From Tubulanus polymorphus (Eukaryota > Animalia > Nemertea), in contig NC_134027.1 of NCBI RefSeq assembly GCF_964204645.1, positions 11,688,485 to 11,752,484 of the forward strand: a stretch of DNA of 64,000 bases, read 5' to 3'. The translations under genes and the position numbers were made by a program. Below are positions 1 to 11,990 of this stretch, in pieces. The notes beneath the pieces are model-generated. The model did no database searches, had not been told where the DNA came from, and was given only the letters and a program-made list of their open reading frames with translations. Every line of letters begins with the position of its first letter. Within the stretch, counting starts at the first letter, position 1.

Positions 1-123
<123 letters not shown>

Positions 124-1095
124 TAAAGTACCTAGTAAGGAATATTGAACTAAGTTTTAGCACTACAAACTTTACGACTTTGTGTTGTAGTTCCTAAGGA
201 TGGAACTGATTAACTGTTTTTCAATTCAAGCGGTGCCACAATCAGGACTATAAGTCTAAAGATCTATGGAATCAAAATTTTTTTCTTTAAAAACATAATT
301 GCATTACATGCACTACTATCATCAAGACCCAAGATTGCTTATCTTAAATTGTGTAAATGATAAACAAGACTTAGAATAAAGCCATGTTTGCACCGAGCCC
401 AAAACTCCTGGGACTTTTTTGTACCCTCATTATAGCGAGTACCGGTACATAACACAGGACACATTGGGTTCTCAGCGACTTTTTGGCTTCAGGGCTTTTG
501 GTCTCGACACAGGACTATTGCAGTAGACATGTATGTTATTGCACACAAGCAAAGGTAGATGTGAAAACTTTCCAAACACGAACAGATCCTTTTGCATAAT
601 AATTCCACACGCAAGATGAAGTCACATTCAGAAATGCATGCCGGATTGATCAAGATTGGCAACACTTACGTAAACAAGGATCCTATAATTCTATCAACAA
701 CTACATTTTTTTTCTCATTGTTTGAGAAGAACTAGTCCCACCGCCGTGGATTATAATTTAGCACTGAATAGTACAAATCATTAACGACTCCATCCACGAT
801 ATAAGTATGATAAATTCAACTCCACAACGTTATTTTTGTTAATTCTAAATGTACATCAATTTTAAATATTTTTAGTGATGATTGCCTGGCGCACGATAAC
901 ACAATAATATTTTCAACACGAAAAAGTTAAAAAGAAGAATCAGATAAAATCGTGTTTAAGCGGCCAGGCGCTTGTGACCGAACCAGTCCACAGAAAATTA
1001 TAATCATCAACAAATACACAACATAATCAATAAAATTTGAAGCAGTGCTCATCAATAGTATCTGGATGCTACCGTGAAAGAAGGCTGTTTCCGAA

Positions 1096-1390
1096 GCCGC
1101 GATCACATGAAGACGATTTGACCCAGATCAGACCAGTGTCAAATTTGGCCCGTGCCTAATTAGACACGTAAACCACTCATTCGATACTAATCGATGCTTG
1201 AACAAGGTGAAGCGAGTTACTTCTGGAACCAGTTGCAATTCACACAGAATTATTCCGACATGAGCTAAAATTTGACTCGGGCCTGGTGCGACGTTTTAGG
1301 TTGGGCCAAATTTGGCTCGGACCAAACAGCCCCATTTGGCATCCGTGTGAACCTGTTTTTCCAGGCCAAAAACGCTTGTGCAATCGCGGC
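1096..1390. mobile_element. MITE family A (about 300 bp, TIR GCCGCGATCACAC; Harbinger- or Tc1-like)
   Basis: GCCGCGATCACA...TGCAATCGCGGC termini; internal AAATTTGGCCC motifs shared with other copies. Confidence 0.85.
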
Positions 1391-1487
1391 TCAATATCCC
1401 TCCGATATCTGATATGTACCGGTATACAGAAGGAGGCCAGTTGCCCAAATCAGCAATCGCCAGATCATGGATTCAATTTAACATCTA

Positions 1488-1663
1488 CAGTCAACCCCTG
1501 ATATACTGCCCCCCCCCATTTACCACCACCCCCTTACCTCCTGGTTTTCTCAATGTACATCTTAATACAAATACATACTAAATCACTTCGAATATACCGC
1601 CATACTCTCTATACCGCCAAAATCGTTCAGCACCGATGTGGGCGGTATACCGGGGGTTGACTG
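1488..1663. mobile_element. Tc1/mariner-like MITE family B
   Basis: TA|CAGTCAACCCC...GGGGTTGACTG|TA; related copies at 55078-55261 and 63352-63441. Confidence 0.9.
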
Positions 1664-2224
1664 TAATTATCAATGTTCATTTTTGTTAATCTAATTCGTA
1701 TATAGTGGGCATCCTAACTCAATTCAATTGGGACTTGTGATTTTAGTTGGAGTTAAGAAGTGATAATTTTATTGATGGTTCTAGGATTATCTGTAGTATT
1801 CAGTGAATACTACCAGTAATGCCGACTGTGGATTTGCACGATTTCGAATCCTAAATATCTTTACAGCCAAAAAAGGGGGAAACTGTGTAAAAGCAGGAAA
1901 TTGTTGTTTAAAGTTACCATAAAGCGGGCCACACACTAGCGCCAAAGCTGCGCAACAACCACGCCACGTCAATTGACAAAAGCGCCAAAAACAACGACAA
2001 CGCAGCTTCACGTGCAGCTCCTGCCACTATTGTAGGTCAAGTGGTCGATCAATAAACTAATATGATCTCGATCTAACATTGAAACTAAATCAGCTAAATT
2101 CTGCGGCACCAAGGCAGAATTAGGCGCACATTCAGGTGTAATTGTTGCGACAAATATATCGAACATGTTAGACATCCGCGTCAAAGCTGCACGCAGCAAC
2201 AATGCCCAAAATATTTCTTTTTTA

Positions 2225-2420
2225 TATTTTTTCTAAACACCCTCAACCCGCTAAGCGAGGACATTATAAACGGGCTCTATGCTTCTTTTTCCCAACGGGT
2301 GAGGGGCCAGAGAAGAACCTTCGACCAAGAAACTCTGTCGCCACCAGGGTTTGAACCCATAAACCCTGTATTGACGAGACCAGTGACTGGCGGCTTAATC
2401 CACTCGGCCACTGTGCCTCC
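2225..2420 (-). mobile_element. tRNA-derived SINE
   Basis: Minus strand GGCACAGTGGCCGAGTGG (A box) ... GGTTCAAACCC (B box), followed by a non-tRNA body and A-rich tail; no closing acceptor stem. Confidence 0.7.
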
Positions 2421-3060
2421 CTGCACCCCCACTGCGCCAAAAAATATCACCCATACACTCAGTGCTTTTGACGCCGGCGTACTTGTTGTAGCAGCTTTTA
2501 TGCTAGTATGCGGCCGGCTTAAGCTATAATCAAAACTGAAAGTACATGTACTCGAGTTATAAAGGGATAAGTCTATATTGTAGTAAGTTTTATCTTCATC
2601 TGCTACAAAGCGGTCTATATTGAGAGAAACTTTTCTCCAATGAAAACTGAACTTTATCATCAAATATATCACCGTATTGCTATAAACGAAAATTCATCAA
2701 GCATTTGCACGTGTATATGCAAATTTGTAACAGATTGTTGATTACAATATTGTAATGAATAATTTTTTTGAAAAATTTTCATGAAGAAACAACGCTTTGC
2801 CTGGCCAGCCTAGGCTTCGCGATACATACGATTTAATACATTGTACATTCCTCACCGTTTAAATGAATGGAACGTTACTGGAAATACACTACATTTATAA
2901 ATATCTATTATTATAATATTCATGGATAATGCCGTTGAATTCATAGCTCCGCAGTTTCCCACAGCTCAGTCAAATTAACACCGATATAATAATCATTCAT
3001 TTCATGAAACAAAAACACCATCAGTAATAACTTAACTATGTATCTATCCTGTGCACATGA

Positions 3061-3234
3061 GCCGCGTTCACACTATCACTAGTTAGACCGTTAGAAATGG
3101 GTATGTACTTAGATCGGTCTTTTAGGTCAGTCCAAATTGGGACGGTCTAAAATGGAACAGGCCATATTAGGATAGGACTTTTTGCTAGGGTGAACGCTTG
3201 GTGAATTTGGATAACGACGTAGTGTGAACGTGGC
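3061..3234. mobile_element. MITE (TIR GCCGCGTTCACACTA)
   Basis: GCCGCGTTCACACTA...TAGTGTGAACGTGGC; same TIR as 30723-31132. Confidence 0.85.
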
Positions 3235-3288
3235 TATAGACTGAACTGCATTGATTCTAGGTGTTAATAATAAGTACCGGCATAAGTG

Positions 3289-3505
3289 TAGGGCTGCCAA
3301 CCTCTAAAAAGTGCTATCAGTAACATATTGAATTTTTTTCAGTAACATTTCATTCAGATATGAACGAAAACGTTCAAATTAATCAGTAAACAAAAACCCT
3401 CAGTAAGATCTTTCACATTTCAATACGCATCAAATAAATCAAATTAGTATTTCTCGTTATTGAATAGTAACAAATACTGAAAATCAAGAACAGTTGGCAG
3501 TTCTG
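3289..3505. mobile_element. MITE (AGGGCTGCCAAC...GTTGGCAGTTCTG)
   Basis: Inverted termini; homologous copy at about 12601-12822. Confidence 0.75.
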
Positions 3506-3614
3506 TAGTGTAATTAAAATGAATTTGCTCAATATACCGGTAGCTAATGGGGGGAAATATTATGATTGGTAAAAAAATGGATTTGCCGCATAGCTTATCC
3601 AACCCTCTACATTA

Positions 3615-3901
3615 GTCATGACTACACAAACGTTTTTGACCAGGATCAAATTTGGCCAGTCCCAGGTGAGGCCCAGACCTAACATTCACACTAGTGCCGA
3701 ATGGATCCGTGCCTGTTTATCCATGTCAAATTATTCTGTGTGAACGCTAATTGGTTGTGGAATTGATAGAATTTTATTAATGAGTGTGTGTGAACGCGCT
3801 CCCTGATTTAAGCACGGGTCAAATTTAACTCGGGTCTGACTCTGGCTGTTTGACTCCCGGCCAGTTTCACCTGGGCTTAATCGTCTCAGTGTGATCGCGG
3901 C
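3615..3901. mobile_element. MITE family A
   Basis: Degenerate left TIR, right end GTGTGATCGCGGC|TA; shared body. Confidence 0.8.
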
Positions 3902-4102
3902 TATAATTGGCTATCATCAATATCTGAGAATTCAAGTTACCGGTAATTGAGAGAAATGGCCCGTAAACGGTGGTTTTCACTTCTTACTGCCCGTGATTTA
4001 TAAGATTATCGGAACCGAATTTCACGGATAAATCAAAGCAGCCAACACATATTTTAGTAGGATGAAAATTGCTCTGTTTGTGGCCCCGCCAGCATGTTCC
4101 GC

Positions 4103-4379
4103 TTAACCCTTACCCCGCTATGCAATGTATAATCCACCCTCACTATACTGTGTCATGGTGCGTTGTACCCATATTACAGTTACAATAATTAATAAGTTAT
4201 AATCTCTATTGAAAGATGGCAGCACCACCTGTCAAACATTGGAAATATACAGCGCACCGCTAGGTAGACGCGGTATAGCAGTACATCCCCTGAACCGGGC
4301 AATTCAGTGGAATTTTTTTTTGCATTTTCTCCAGCAACGTAGGGCAGGGAATGGGAAACTGTCAGCACCGATGGCTTAA
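4103..4379. mobile_element. piggyBac-like MITE family C (degenerate), about 150 bp past the SNRK stop
   Basis: TTAACCCTT...TTAA; body AGATGGCAGCACC..TGTCAAAC shared with 10920, 26672 and 34091. Confidence 0.7.
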
Positions 4380-4528
4380 GTCAAAGTCGAGCTGAAATTG
4401 ACCGTAATGGAAATCCTGAGACTAATCAGCGCTTGTATGATAGCCTAACCGCCCGTCGTCCCGGGGTCAGGAAAAAAACTCTGAGCATTATTTAAAAAAA
4501 GTTAACATCAATTCAACTAAGTTAAAAC

Positions 4529-5839
4529 TCATATTACGCTACAACATTTCGATCGAGTTTTATCGTCATTGGCGAGCTCCTGCACGGGCGTGACGCTTTC
4601 GAGTATCACTCCATTTTTGTTGATGTCCGTCTTGAACTTGTTTTTCAACCGACGCTTCAGTTTACCGGGGTTGAATTGCGGACAGTCGGCCGAGCAGATC
4701 GATATGCGATCCTCGCGTCCGTACTCAGTCGCCAGCGTATCGCGCAGGTCGCTGAAGTCGAAACTAGCGCGGTTGACACGGGACTTCACCTTGTTGAGTT
4801 CGTTGAGGAATTGCACGTCGCGGTCTTTGCCGTGCCGTGGCGTGCTGCTCACCGAGTCGACGATGTAACGACTTCCCTTGCTGGCATTGCTCGATAGACT
4901 ATTAATCGACAAATTGGAAGATAGACCGCTGAAGTTACTGATTTTGCGCGCGACTTCTTTGAGCACGCCGTTCGCAAAATCCTCGCACTGATTGTGTATC
5001 GGACTACACGATAATACGTTCTGTTGTTTTCCGCTACTGTTGTTAGAATTACCTCCGCCTTGCGACGACGAGTTCCCGTCGTTACCACCACCTTTACCAC
5101 CTCCTCCACCGCCACCCCCGTTATTATCATCCTGAGCGGATCCGCCCTGCGGATTTGGGCCGTTGCCACTATTCCCGCCGCAGCCCGGCCCGCTCGGGCC
5201 GTCCGTGTCGCTGGACTGGTCGCTGTCGCGGCGGTGAATGCGGTGCTTCAGTTTCTTTTGCGTTTTTTCTGGTTCTCCGTTTCGTCGTTGTCGCTGGCGT
5301 CCGAGCTGCTGCAGCTTGTGCCGCGCGGTGACGCCGTGTAACGTTTCCGCCGCGCTTCGATCTTGCGAATCACCTCCGGCGACGCGATAGTCTTGCGCTG
5401 CAGCATGTGAGCGCCGCCGAGCCGCGGCGCGATGAGCTCGTCGTCCGATTCGCCCTCCTCGCAGATCTGATTCAGCAATTGCGGCGAGCTGCGCACCTGA
5501 TGCAACGCGCGATTACTCGGATGCGGTTTCGTACGCGCTTGCACGTTCGCCGTCTGCGCGTCCGTATTAGTCGGACTGTCCTCCGGCGACGATGACATCG
5601 GTTTATTTCTGCTACCGTCGGATGGTGCCGAATAGGCGTTGCGAGTGTTCTCGAGCGAGTGCACCCGTTTCATTTCTAAATCGCTGTTGTCGTCTTCGTC
5701 GCTCTCCTCAGTGATCAGACTACACCGACGATGCGGAGTGCCGTCCTCGTCCATTTCCTCCGGCGGCGAGATCAACGCGTTGACGGCTTGCGCCGTCTGG
5801 CTGAATATCAGCGCCATTTGATTATCCTTCGGCTGAACT
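4529..5839 (-). CDS. SNRK: SNRK terminal coding exon, interrupted by a 1-nt frameshift at about 5250-5268
   Basis: TTTCAG acceptor at 5840-5845, phase 2: (R)VQPKDNQMALIF...LNQICEEGESDDE...SCSSSDASDNDE; the -1 frame continues KKLKHRIHRRDSDQSSD...Gly-rich...KCCSVI-stop (4529). LNQI.EEGESDDE, SCSSS, HRRDS and terminal CC.VI match my recollection of the vertebrate SNRK tail. Confidence 0.88.
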
Positions 5840-6416
5840 CTGAAACGAGAAATAAACGTTAGTACTCGTTAACAAAACAGTTTCCATGATGATGAATATC
5901 GTTATTAGGCGACACCAAAACCGAGTACATCCAGAGCTGCCCGTTGAAATTTATCTCCAATTGATTTGAATATTTTCACGAGGATACCAAAAAATAACTG
6001 CTCCACATTAAATACAATCTTTGACAGAGCGGCGACTTTCAAAATAATCAAAATGGCCACGCAAGAAAGAATTTCTTGTTTTTTGCGTTAAACTCGCCCT
6101 ATTTAAACGCAGAAAGCGATTAACATCTGTGAAGCAAACCGACACCGTGCCACTAGCAATTAGAGAATTTGCGATCTGCTTGCTATCAATCATTTCAAGC
6201 GTTTCTTGTTTAGCTAAACGTCTAGGTGAAGGAGCGCATTAGGGTTTCTTGTGTTTATTTCGTGCACTCAAGACGTATGAAAACATGAAACGAAAAAAAT
6301 AATTGATGTTTCCAAACAAGAGTCTAGCGCTGTAAAAACACACGAAAATGGAAACGTGTTTTTTCTATCCGGTTTAAAACATAACCGAATCGAAACGCAT
6401 GCCTTTGACAATATTA

Positions 6417-6714
6417 GCTGCCACTACACGAGTATTTTTGGCCAGGGCCAAATTTGGCCCTGAACAACTGTTCACACGGATCCCAAATGGGCTAGTTTCT
6501 GTTAGGCCTGACCAATACCGTCAGACCAGACCCAAGCAAAATTTTAGCACGAGACAAATGATTGCGTTTGAATTGCAACTGGTTCCGGAAATGATCCTAT
6601 TCGCTTTGTTTAAGCATTGTTAAGTATCGAGTGAATAGTTTGCGTGTGAACCCACTTTCTAATTAGGCATGGGCCAAATTTAGCTCGAGCCTGGTCCGGG
6701 CCTATTCATGTGGC
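6417..6714. mobile_element. MITE family A
   Basis: TA-flanked degenerate TIRs; body homologous to 9251-9551. Confidence 0.8.
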
Positions 6715-7127
6715 TATAGGATACCCATCAATTACCGATGATGAATAACAACAAGTTAATCCACAAATGAAGTCATCGTGCCTCGGTTTACCAGTACACA
6801 GTGAACAATCTTTTTGAATATCGTACGTCAACCTTTTTAAATCGAGTTAACTTAATTATCGGATTTCGATTACTCGCTTCTGTTTTCACCGCTCTGATCT
6901 TAACAATGCGACTACCGATAAGTGAACTGCGTATTTGACGAAGCCCATGGGCAATGGCGCAGATAACCGCAGCAGTAAATAATTGAGACTATTTCCAGTC
7001 TTGAACACCAGCGAGCGAAAAACCAACGACATAATCGTAAATCAACAGCTATTGTTTCTCCCTTACGTTTCAGGTGAAATATTTCAACCCATCTTCGGAG
7101 TTTATTCGAAAAAAAGTTTCATTTTCC

Positions 7128-7216
7128 AATAATAATAAAATAATAATAATAATAATAATAATAACAATAATAATAATATATAATGAATAATATCAAATAA
7201 TATAATTAATAATAAT
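7128..7216. repeat. (AAT)n microsatellite, imperfect
   Basis: Direct reading. Confidence 0.9.
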
Positions 7217-8171
7217 TTCTAATTTTGGATGACGAAGGAAATAAAACCATAGCAGTTGTCTTTATTCATATTTTATATCCTGGGTTTCCGTTCGACCACA
7301 GCCGTATTTTAACGAATCTACGAAACCAACGTCACGAAAGACTAAAATTAAGCTAATAAAGCACGACGCCCAGATGAAAATAGCAATCCGAGAAAAGGTC
7401 GCATCAGTAATAGGGTGGTGCCGGGGTTAAAACAGTTCGCGTTTATAGACGTGTATTACGATCTGAAGATGACGTCGTTTTCTATGCGCGAGATCACTAT
7501 CTGATCGTCTGATCAACATCATCTCTATCGGTAACCGCTTCGCGAAAATCAATAGTTTCCATAGAGACCGCCGAGTCAATTTTTTACCAATGAAAATGAT
7601 AATCAATCCGGGCTGCCAAATAATGTGTGGATCGGGTTTTTTTTTTCCTAGGTGTTTAACGAGTCTGAAGCTTCTACAGCAATGATTCTTATGTATATCA
7701 CCTCCTATCACCGATACGGATAAAATTGCAAAATGACCACAAATTCGAATAATGAGGTTCGGTGAACGACGTTCGAACCACTCCGGAGAGGGCGAACGCG
7801 AAACGTCAGGCGATACCGCTCATAACCCGATACATTAGCTACAATAATGACCAATACATTCCTGAGTGACAACTTAATATACGTAATGTTAAATAGCATC
7901 GGCGGCAAGCAAGCATTGGAAAGTCACTCAGCGAAGATACCTCTGAGCTGAAAGATTGAATTGGGCGGAAGCCATTTCTATATCGGTGCTATATTTACGT
8001 AGATGTTTTATCAATATTGACTGAAATGTCAAACAGTTAGAATTCAGCGAACAGAAGACATACGATACGATGAAGTCAATATTGGCAGTACAGTCATCAT
8101 GATACATATTAAGTGTTAATTTGCGTATTTGTATTTGTGTACAACCACTTGTTGCAACATTAATATCAAAG

Positions 8172-8174
<3 letters not shown>

Positions 8175-8226
<52 letters not shown>
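8175..8226. repeat. (AT)n microsatellite
   Basis: Direct reading. Confidence 0.98.
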
Positions 8227-8228
<2 letters not shown>

Positions 8229-9250
8229 ATCATAATATATATATAGGGGCAATTTATTAAGATGTTCTATGTTTTAAAGAAGATGAGACAGCTTTGACGG
8301 CTTTTTTAATTTACCTTACTAAAAAAAAACCACAGAGCTTTTGGAGGTATAGAAATGCTAGCAGAGTATTGGTTGCTGAATCATTAGCAATTTCTGTTTT
8401 CATCCTTCAAATGAAGGCATCTATGACCTCGAAACTCTACAGCCTCCTAGATTCGAATCGCTATCGAATCAGTGTACCCCAGATGAGACCAGTGACTTAA
8501 ACCAACCGATACGCCTTGCTCGACTTTTAAAGCAGTCACAATCGCGTGGATACTGCTTCGTTATCCCTGGGAATGATTCGCATCGAATTATAGCCAAAGC
8601 CTGTCACACAGGGCAACTGAATGCAATAAATGAACCGAAAACCTGAAACGGAAATGCTTTCGTGACTACTTGGTGCTCCGAAACCCGAACACCGTTTCGT
8701 AAAACCAACATGTCTGCGACGGGCGAACCAGAGTTATGGAAACACATGAACACAAATCGGTTTCGACTGGCGGGTTTATGCCCAGCTGCGTGTGTCAATT
8801 TTAGAAAATTGTCAGACGTAAATCATTAAACAGACGTAAGGAAAAAAGCTGAAAATGTTAAAACCACCACAGTGTAACACCCACTGTATTTATGTTTACA
8901 TACACTCCCTTCATATACGTCATAATTGTATCGTATATAAATGACAAATCTATAAACATATAAAATTTATAAAATCTATATATATATATATAGATATGGC
9001 TCCGTGAATGCAACAAGCGCTTCCTGTTACGCTAAAATCCTAGGAATTTCAGATCGTCTTAATCTTATGGGCTTTTAAGGAATCAATTATCACGACTAAA
9101 TTTAACTACGCAGATACACACCTCATTACAAATACGGCGTCCGCGTTTGGCGGAGCATTGGAAAATGAGCCGAGACCATCTGATCCTATTTGTCCTCCAG
9201 TTGACCGCATCAATCATCAACGTCGATTTCGACAAATTCCATACACATTA

Positions 9251-9551
9251 GCCGCGATCACGCAAGCGCTTTTGGCCAGTGCCAAATTAGGCCCGGTACA
9301 ACTGTTCACATGGAAATTTGGCCCGACCAAAACGTTGGAGCAGGCCCGAGCAAAATTTTAGTGTAGGTCAAATTATTGCATGTGAATTGCAACCGGTTCC
9401 CGAAGTGACTTTGCTTTGTTTAAGCAATGTTTAGTATCGAGTGAGTGGTTTTACTGGGAACGCGCTCTCTTATTAGATACAGGCCAAATTTGAAGCTGGC
9501 TCGAAGCAGGCCATTTCGGCCCGGGCCAAATTGCCGCTGCGTGATCGTGGC
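9251..9551. mobile_element. MITE family A
   Basis: TA|GCCGCGATCACGC...GCGTGATCGTGGC|TA. Confidence 0.9.
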
Positions 9552-10234
9552 TATTACCTCAAATAGGTAGATAATCGAGTCAGTAATAAGTGGAGATTGT
9601 TATCATTGCAACTCGTCGGTGTAAATTTGTGGCGGTATTCTACAGTTCCTATAACGGGGGGGGGGGGGGTTCATTTGAAAGGTTCAATTTATCAGTACAA
9701 GATTTCTTTCACGGAGAACTCTTTGAATTCAAAACGTAGCTGAATTTCAGGTAATATTTCCTGTGGCCAAAAATTATCCATATTTGGAAAGAGAATCCTT
9801 AGAGTCTTCACATTAGACGTAATTAGATTTTGCGATGATACTCGCGGCGTGGTAATAATCAACACGGGCGTCTTATCAAAAGCTTTCGTTTTGATTTGAT
9901 ATCGCTGCGTTTGTTTCGGCGCGCAATTAAACCCGATGTGAAGAGACCGACGATGAGCTCAACTATCAATTTCATTCGGAAACGACAACTGAGTAACTCG
10001 ACATCTCCTTCTTGGAAACCGGGAATTATATTTACATCGGATAACCTTGTAATTTTGTTGTAACCAGGGTGTCGAGTAGAATGGGTGATTTGAACGTATG
10101 GAAGAAGACTTAAGTCTGGGGTTGATCCACGCTTCGAACATGTGACCAACGAGGTTGTTTTCGTTCTATACAAGCCATTCTCCATCCTAAGGCTAAAATA
10201 ATTGATACCTTGTTTCTCATTTCTGCTGAACTTA

Positions 10235-10670
10235 AGCTAGGGACACACGAGCGTATTTTTTCGCCCGATCGCAATGATTAAATTCGCCAGCGAATTCGCC
10301 GACGAAATTATACGCCCGATATGAGCGGGCACACATAGCGATCAAACCAAAATTCGGTCAGCGACTGGCACTTAGAGGGAGAGAGTTAACGAATCACATG
10401 ATATCAACAATGCATCCTATTGGTTAATAAAAATGGATCGCTCGGCGAAATTCGCCGAGTGCGGCCAGACGAGCGAATTTGCGGGCGATCCGATCGCCGG
10501 CGTAAATATCGGCCGAAAATATCAAACATGTTTGATACGGGCGAATCGCCGGGCGATCGAGTCGGCTGACGAAATCGTCGTCGCCGTGAGTGGCCACACG
10601 AGCGAATTTTTCGGGCGATTTATAAATTCGCCGCGATCGGGCGAAAAAATACGCTCGTGTGCCCCTACCT
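10235..10670. mobile_element. PIF/Harbinger-like MITE with TTA TSD
   Basis: TTA|AGCTAGGGACACACGAGCGTATTTTTTCGCCCGATCGC...GCGATCGGGCGAAAAAATACGCTCGTGTGCCCCTACCT|TTA; about 38-bp near-perfect TIR. Confidence 0.92.
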
Positions 10671-10919
10671 TTACGAATTGACCCGGTCAGCTGGTCGCCT
10701 ACCTATCCTGTAGATATCTCGTTTGTTAAAATCATGATCTTACCATAACAGACCCGAAAGCTATAGAAAAGAACTGATCAAAAATTTTACTGCAGTTTAT
10801 CATAATAATAATAATATAAAAATAATAAATAATCATAATATTAATAATAATAATAATAATAATAAACCAATTTGTAAAATTACAAATCTACATGAGCTGA
10901 TAAAATAGTAATTTAAACA

Positions 10920-11208
10920 TTAACCCTTTCAGTGCATCTACACTGCGGTGTATAAATCGGTGATGGCTTTGCTAATACACCGCATCGAAGTGTATTAATG
11001 TTATTAGCAATTAGTTTTTATCACCATCAGAGATGGCAGCACCTGTCAAACACAGTTGAATATTAGTTACAAATGATACACCACTCCGCGGTGTAGACAC
11101 ACTATAGCCATATGTCCGTTATTCAACACACTGGGGTGGAATTTCTAAAAAATTTCAAATTATCTCAAGCACTTTAGCGTATCAATTAGTCAGCACTGAA
11201 AGGGTAAA
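10920..11208. mobile_element. piggyBac-like MITE family C
   Basis: TTAACCCTTTCAGTGC...GCACTGAAAGGGTAAA. Confidence 0.88.
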
Positions 11209-11651
11209 ACGCAGAATGAGCCAGCTGATTAGGAGAAACAAGGTATCATTTTAGAAAGACTTAAATCTGGGGCCGACCACCGATTCGGACAGGAGACCGT
11301 CAAGACCGTTTTCATATCATAAGAAAAAATTAGCCGTTTCGAAGACTCCAGTCGCAACAACCGCGATTCAAATATTCAGGCTCGATTAATTTCAGACACG
11401 TTCTGTGCACCTGGTACACAAATATCGATCTACACTCGTGATAAGAAGTTTAGCAGACGTCGTCGTCGCGGTTGATCATTTGGTAAAGATGTGTAGCATC
11501 GGGAACGCGTTCAACGCGGATAACCATAGCAACTGACAGCAGAACGGCGGCAGCCACCCATCGCATCGGCTGTCAATCGGGTAGCTAAATCCGATCACAC
11601 GCCACTGCCGCTGTGAAAGACATTTAATGAAGAAGCTTTCGAGACAACGTA

Positions 11652-11825
11652 GAGGGAGGGAGGGAGGGAGGGAGGGAGGGAGGGAGGGAGGGAGGGAGGG
11701 AGGGAGGGAGGGAGGGAGGGAGGGAGGGAGGGAGGGAGGGAGGGAGGGAGGGAGGGAGGGAGGGAGGGAGGGAGGGAGGGAGGGAGGGAGGGAGGGAGGG
11801 AGGGAGGGAGGGAGGGAGGGAGGGA
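11652..11825. repeat. (GGGA)n microsatellite, about 43 units
   Basis: Perfect tetranucleotide run. Confidence 0.99.
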
Positions 11826-11859
11826 TCTATTTTTAACAACGCCGACAATCGGATTAAAG

Positions 11860-11990
11860 GCTGATGAGAGATTTTTAACAAGGGGTGACCGTAAAGTCAT
11901 ATATAAATGGGACAAATGGAAATCAGCTGATGACAGATTTTTAACAAGGGGTGACCGGAAAGTCATCTATAAATGGGACAAATCGAAATC
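11860..11990. repeat. Two-copy direct repeat, period about 66 bp
   Basis: GCTGATGA.AGATTTTTAACAAGGGGTGACCG.AAAGTCAT.TATAAATGGGACAAAT twice. Confidence 0.9.

Noticed and set aside
2335-2417. tRNA gene
   Set aside because: A and B boxes are present but there is no convincing cloverleaf or acceptor stem, and it continues into a SINE-like body
4569-5821. Plus-strand and alternate-frame ORFs over the SNRK last exon
   Set aside because: Shadows of GC-rich coding sequence with no recognisable motifs
7928-8233. ORF with IYIYIY tract
   Set aside because: Translation of the (AT)n microsatellite
11595-11966. PPSL and GGRE repeat ORFs
   Set aside because: Translations of the (GGGA)n microsatellite
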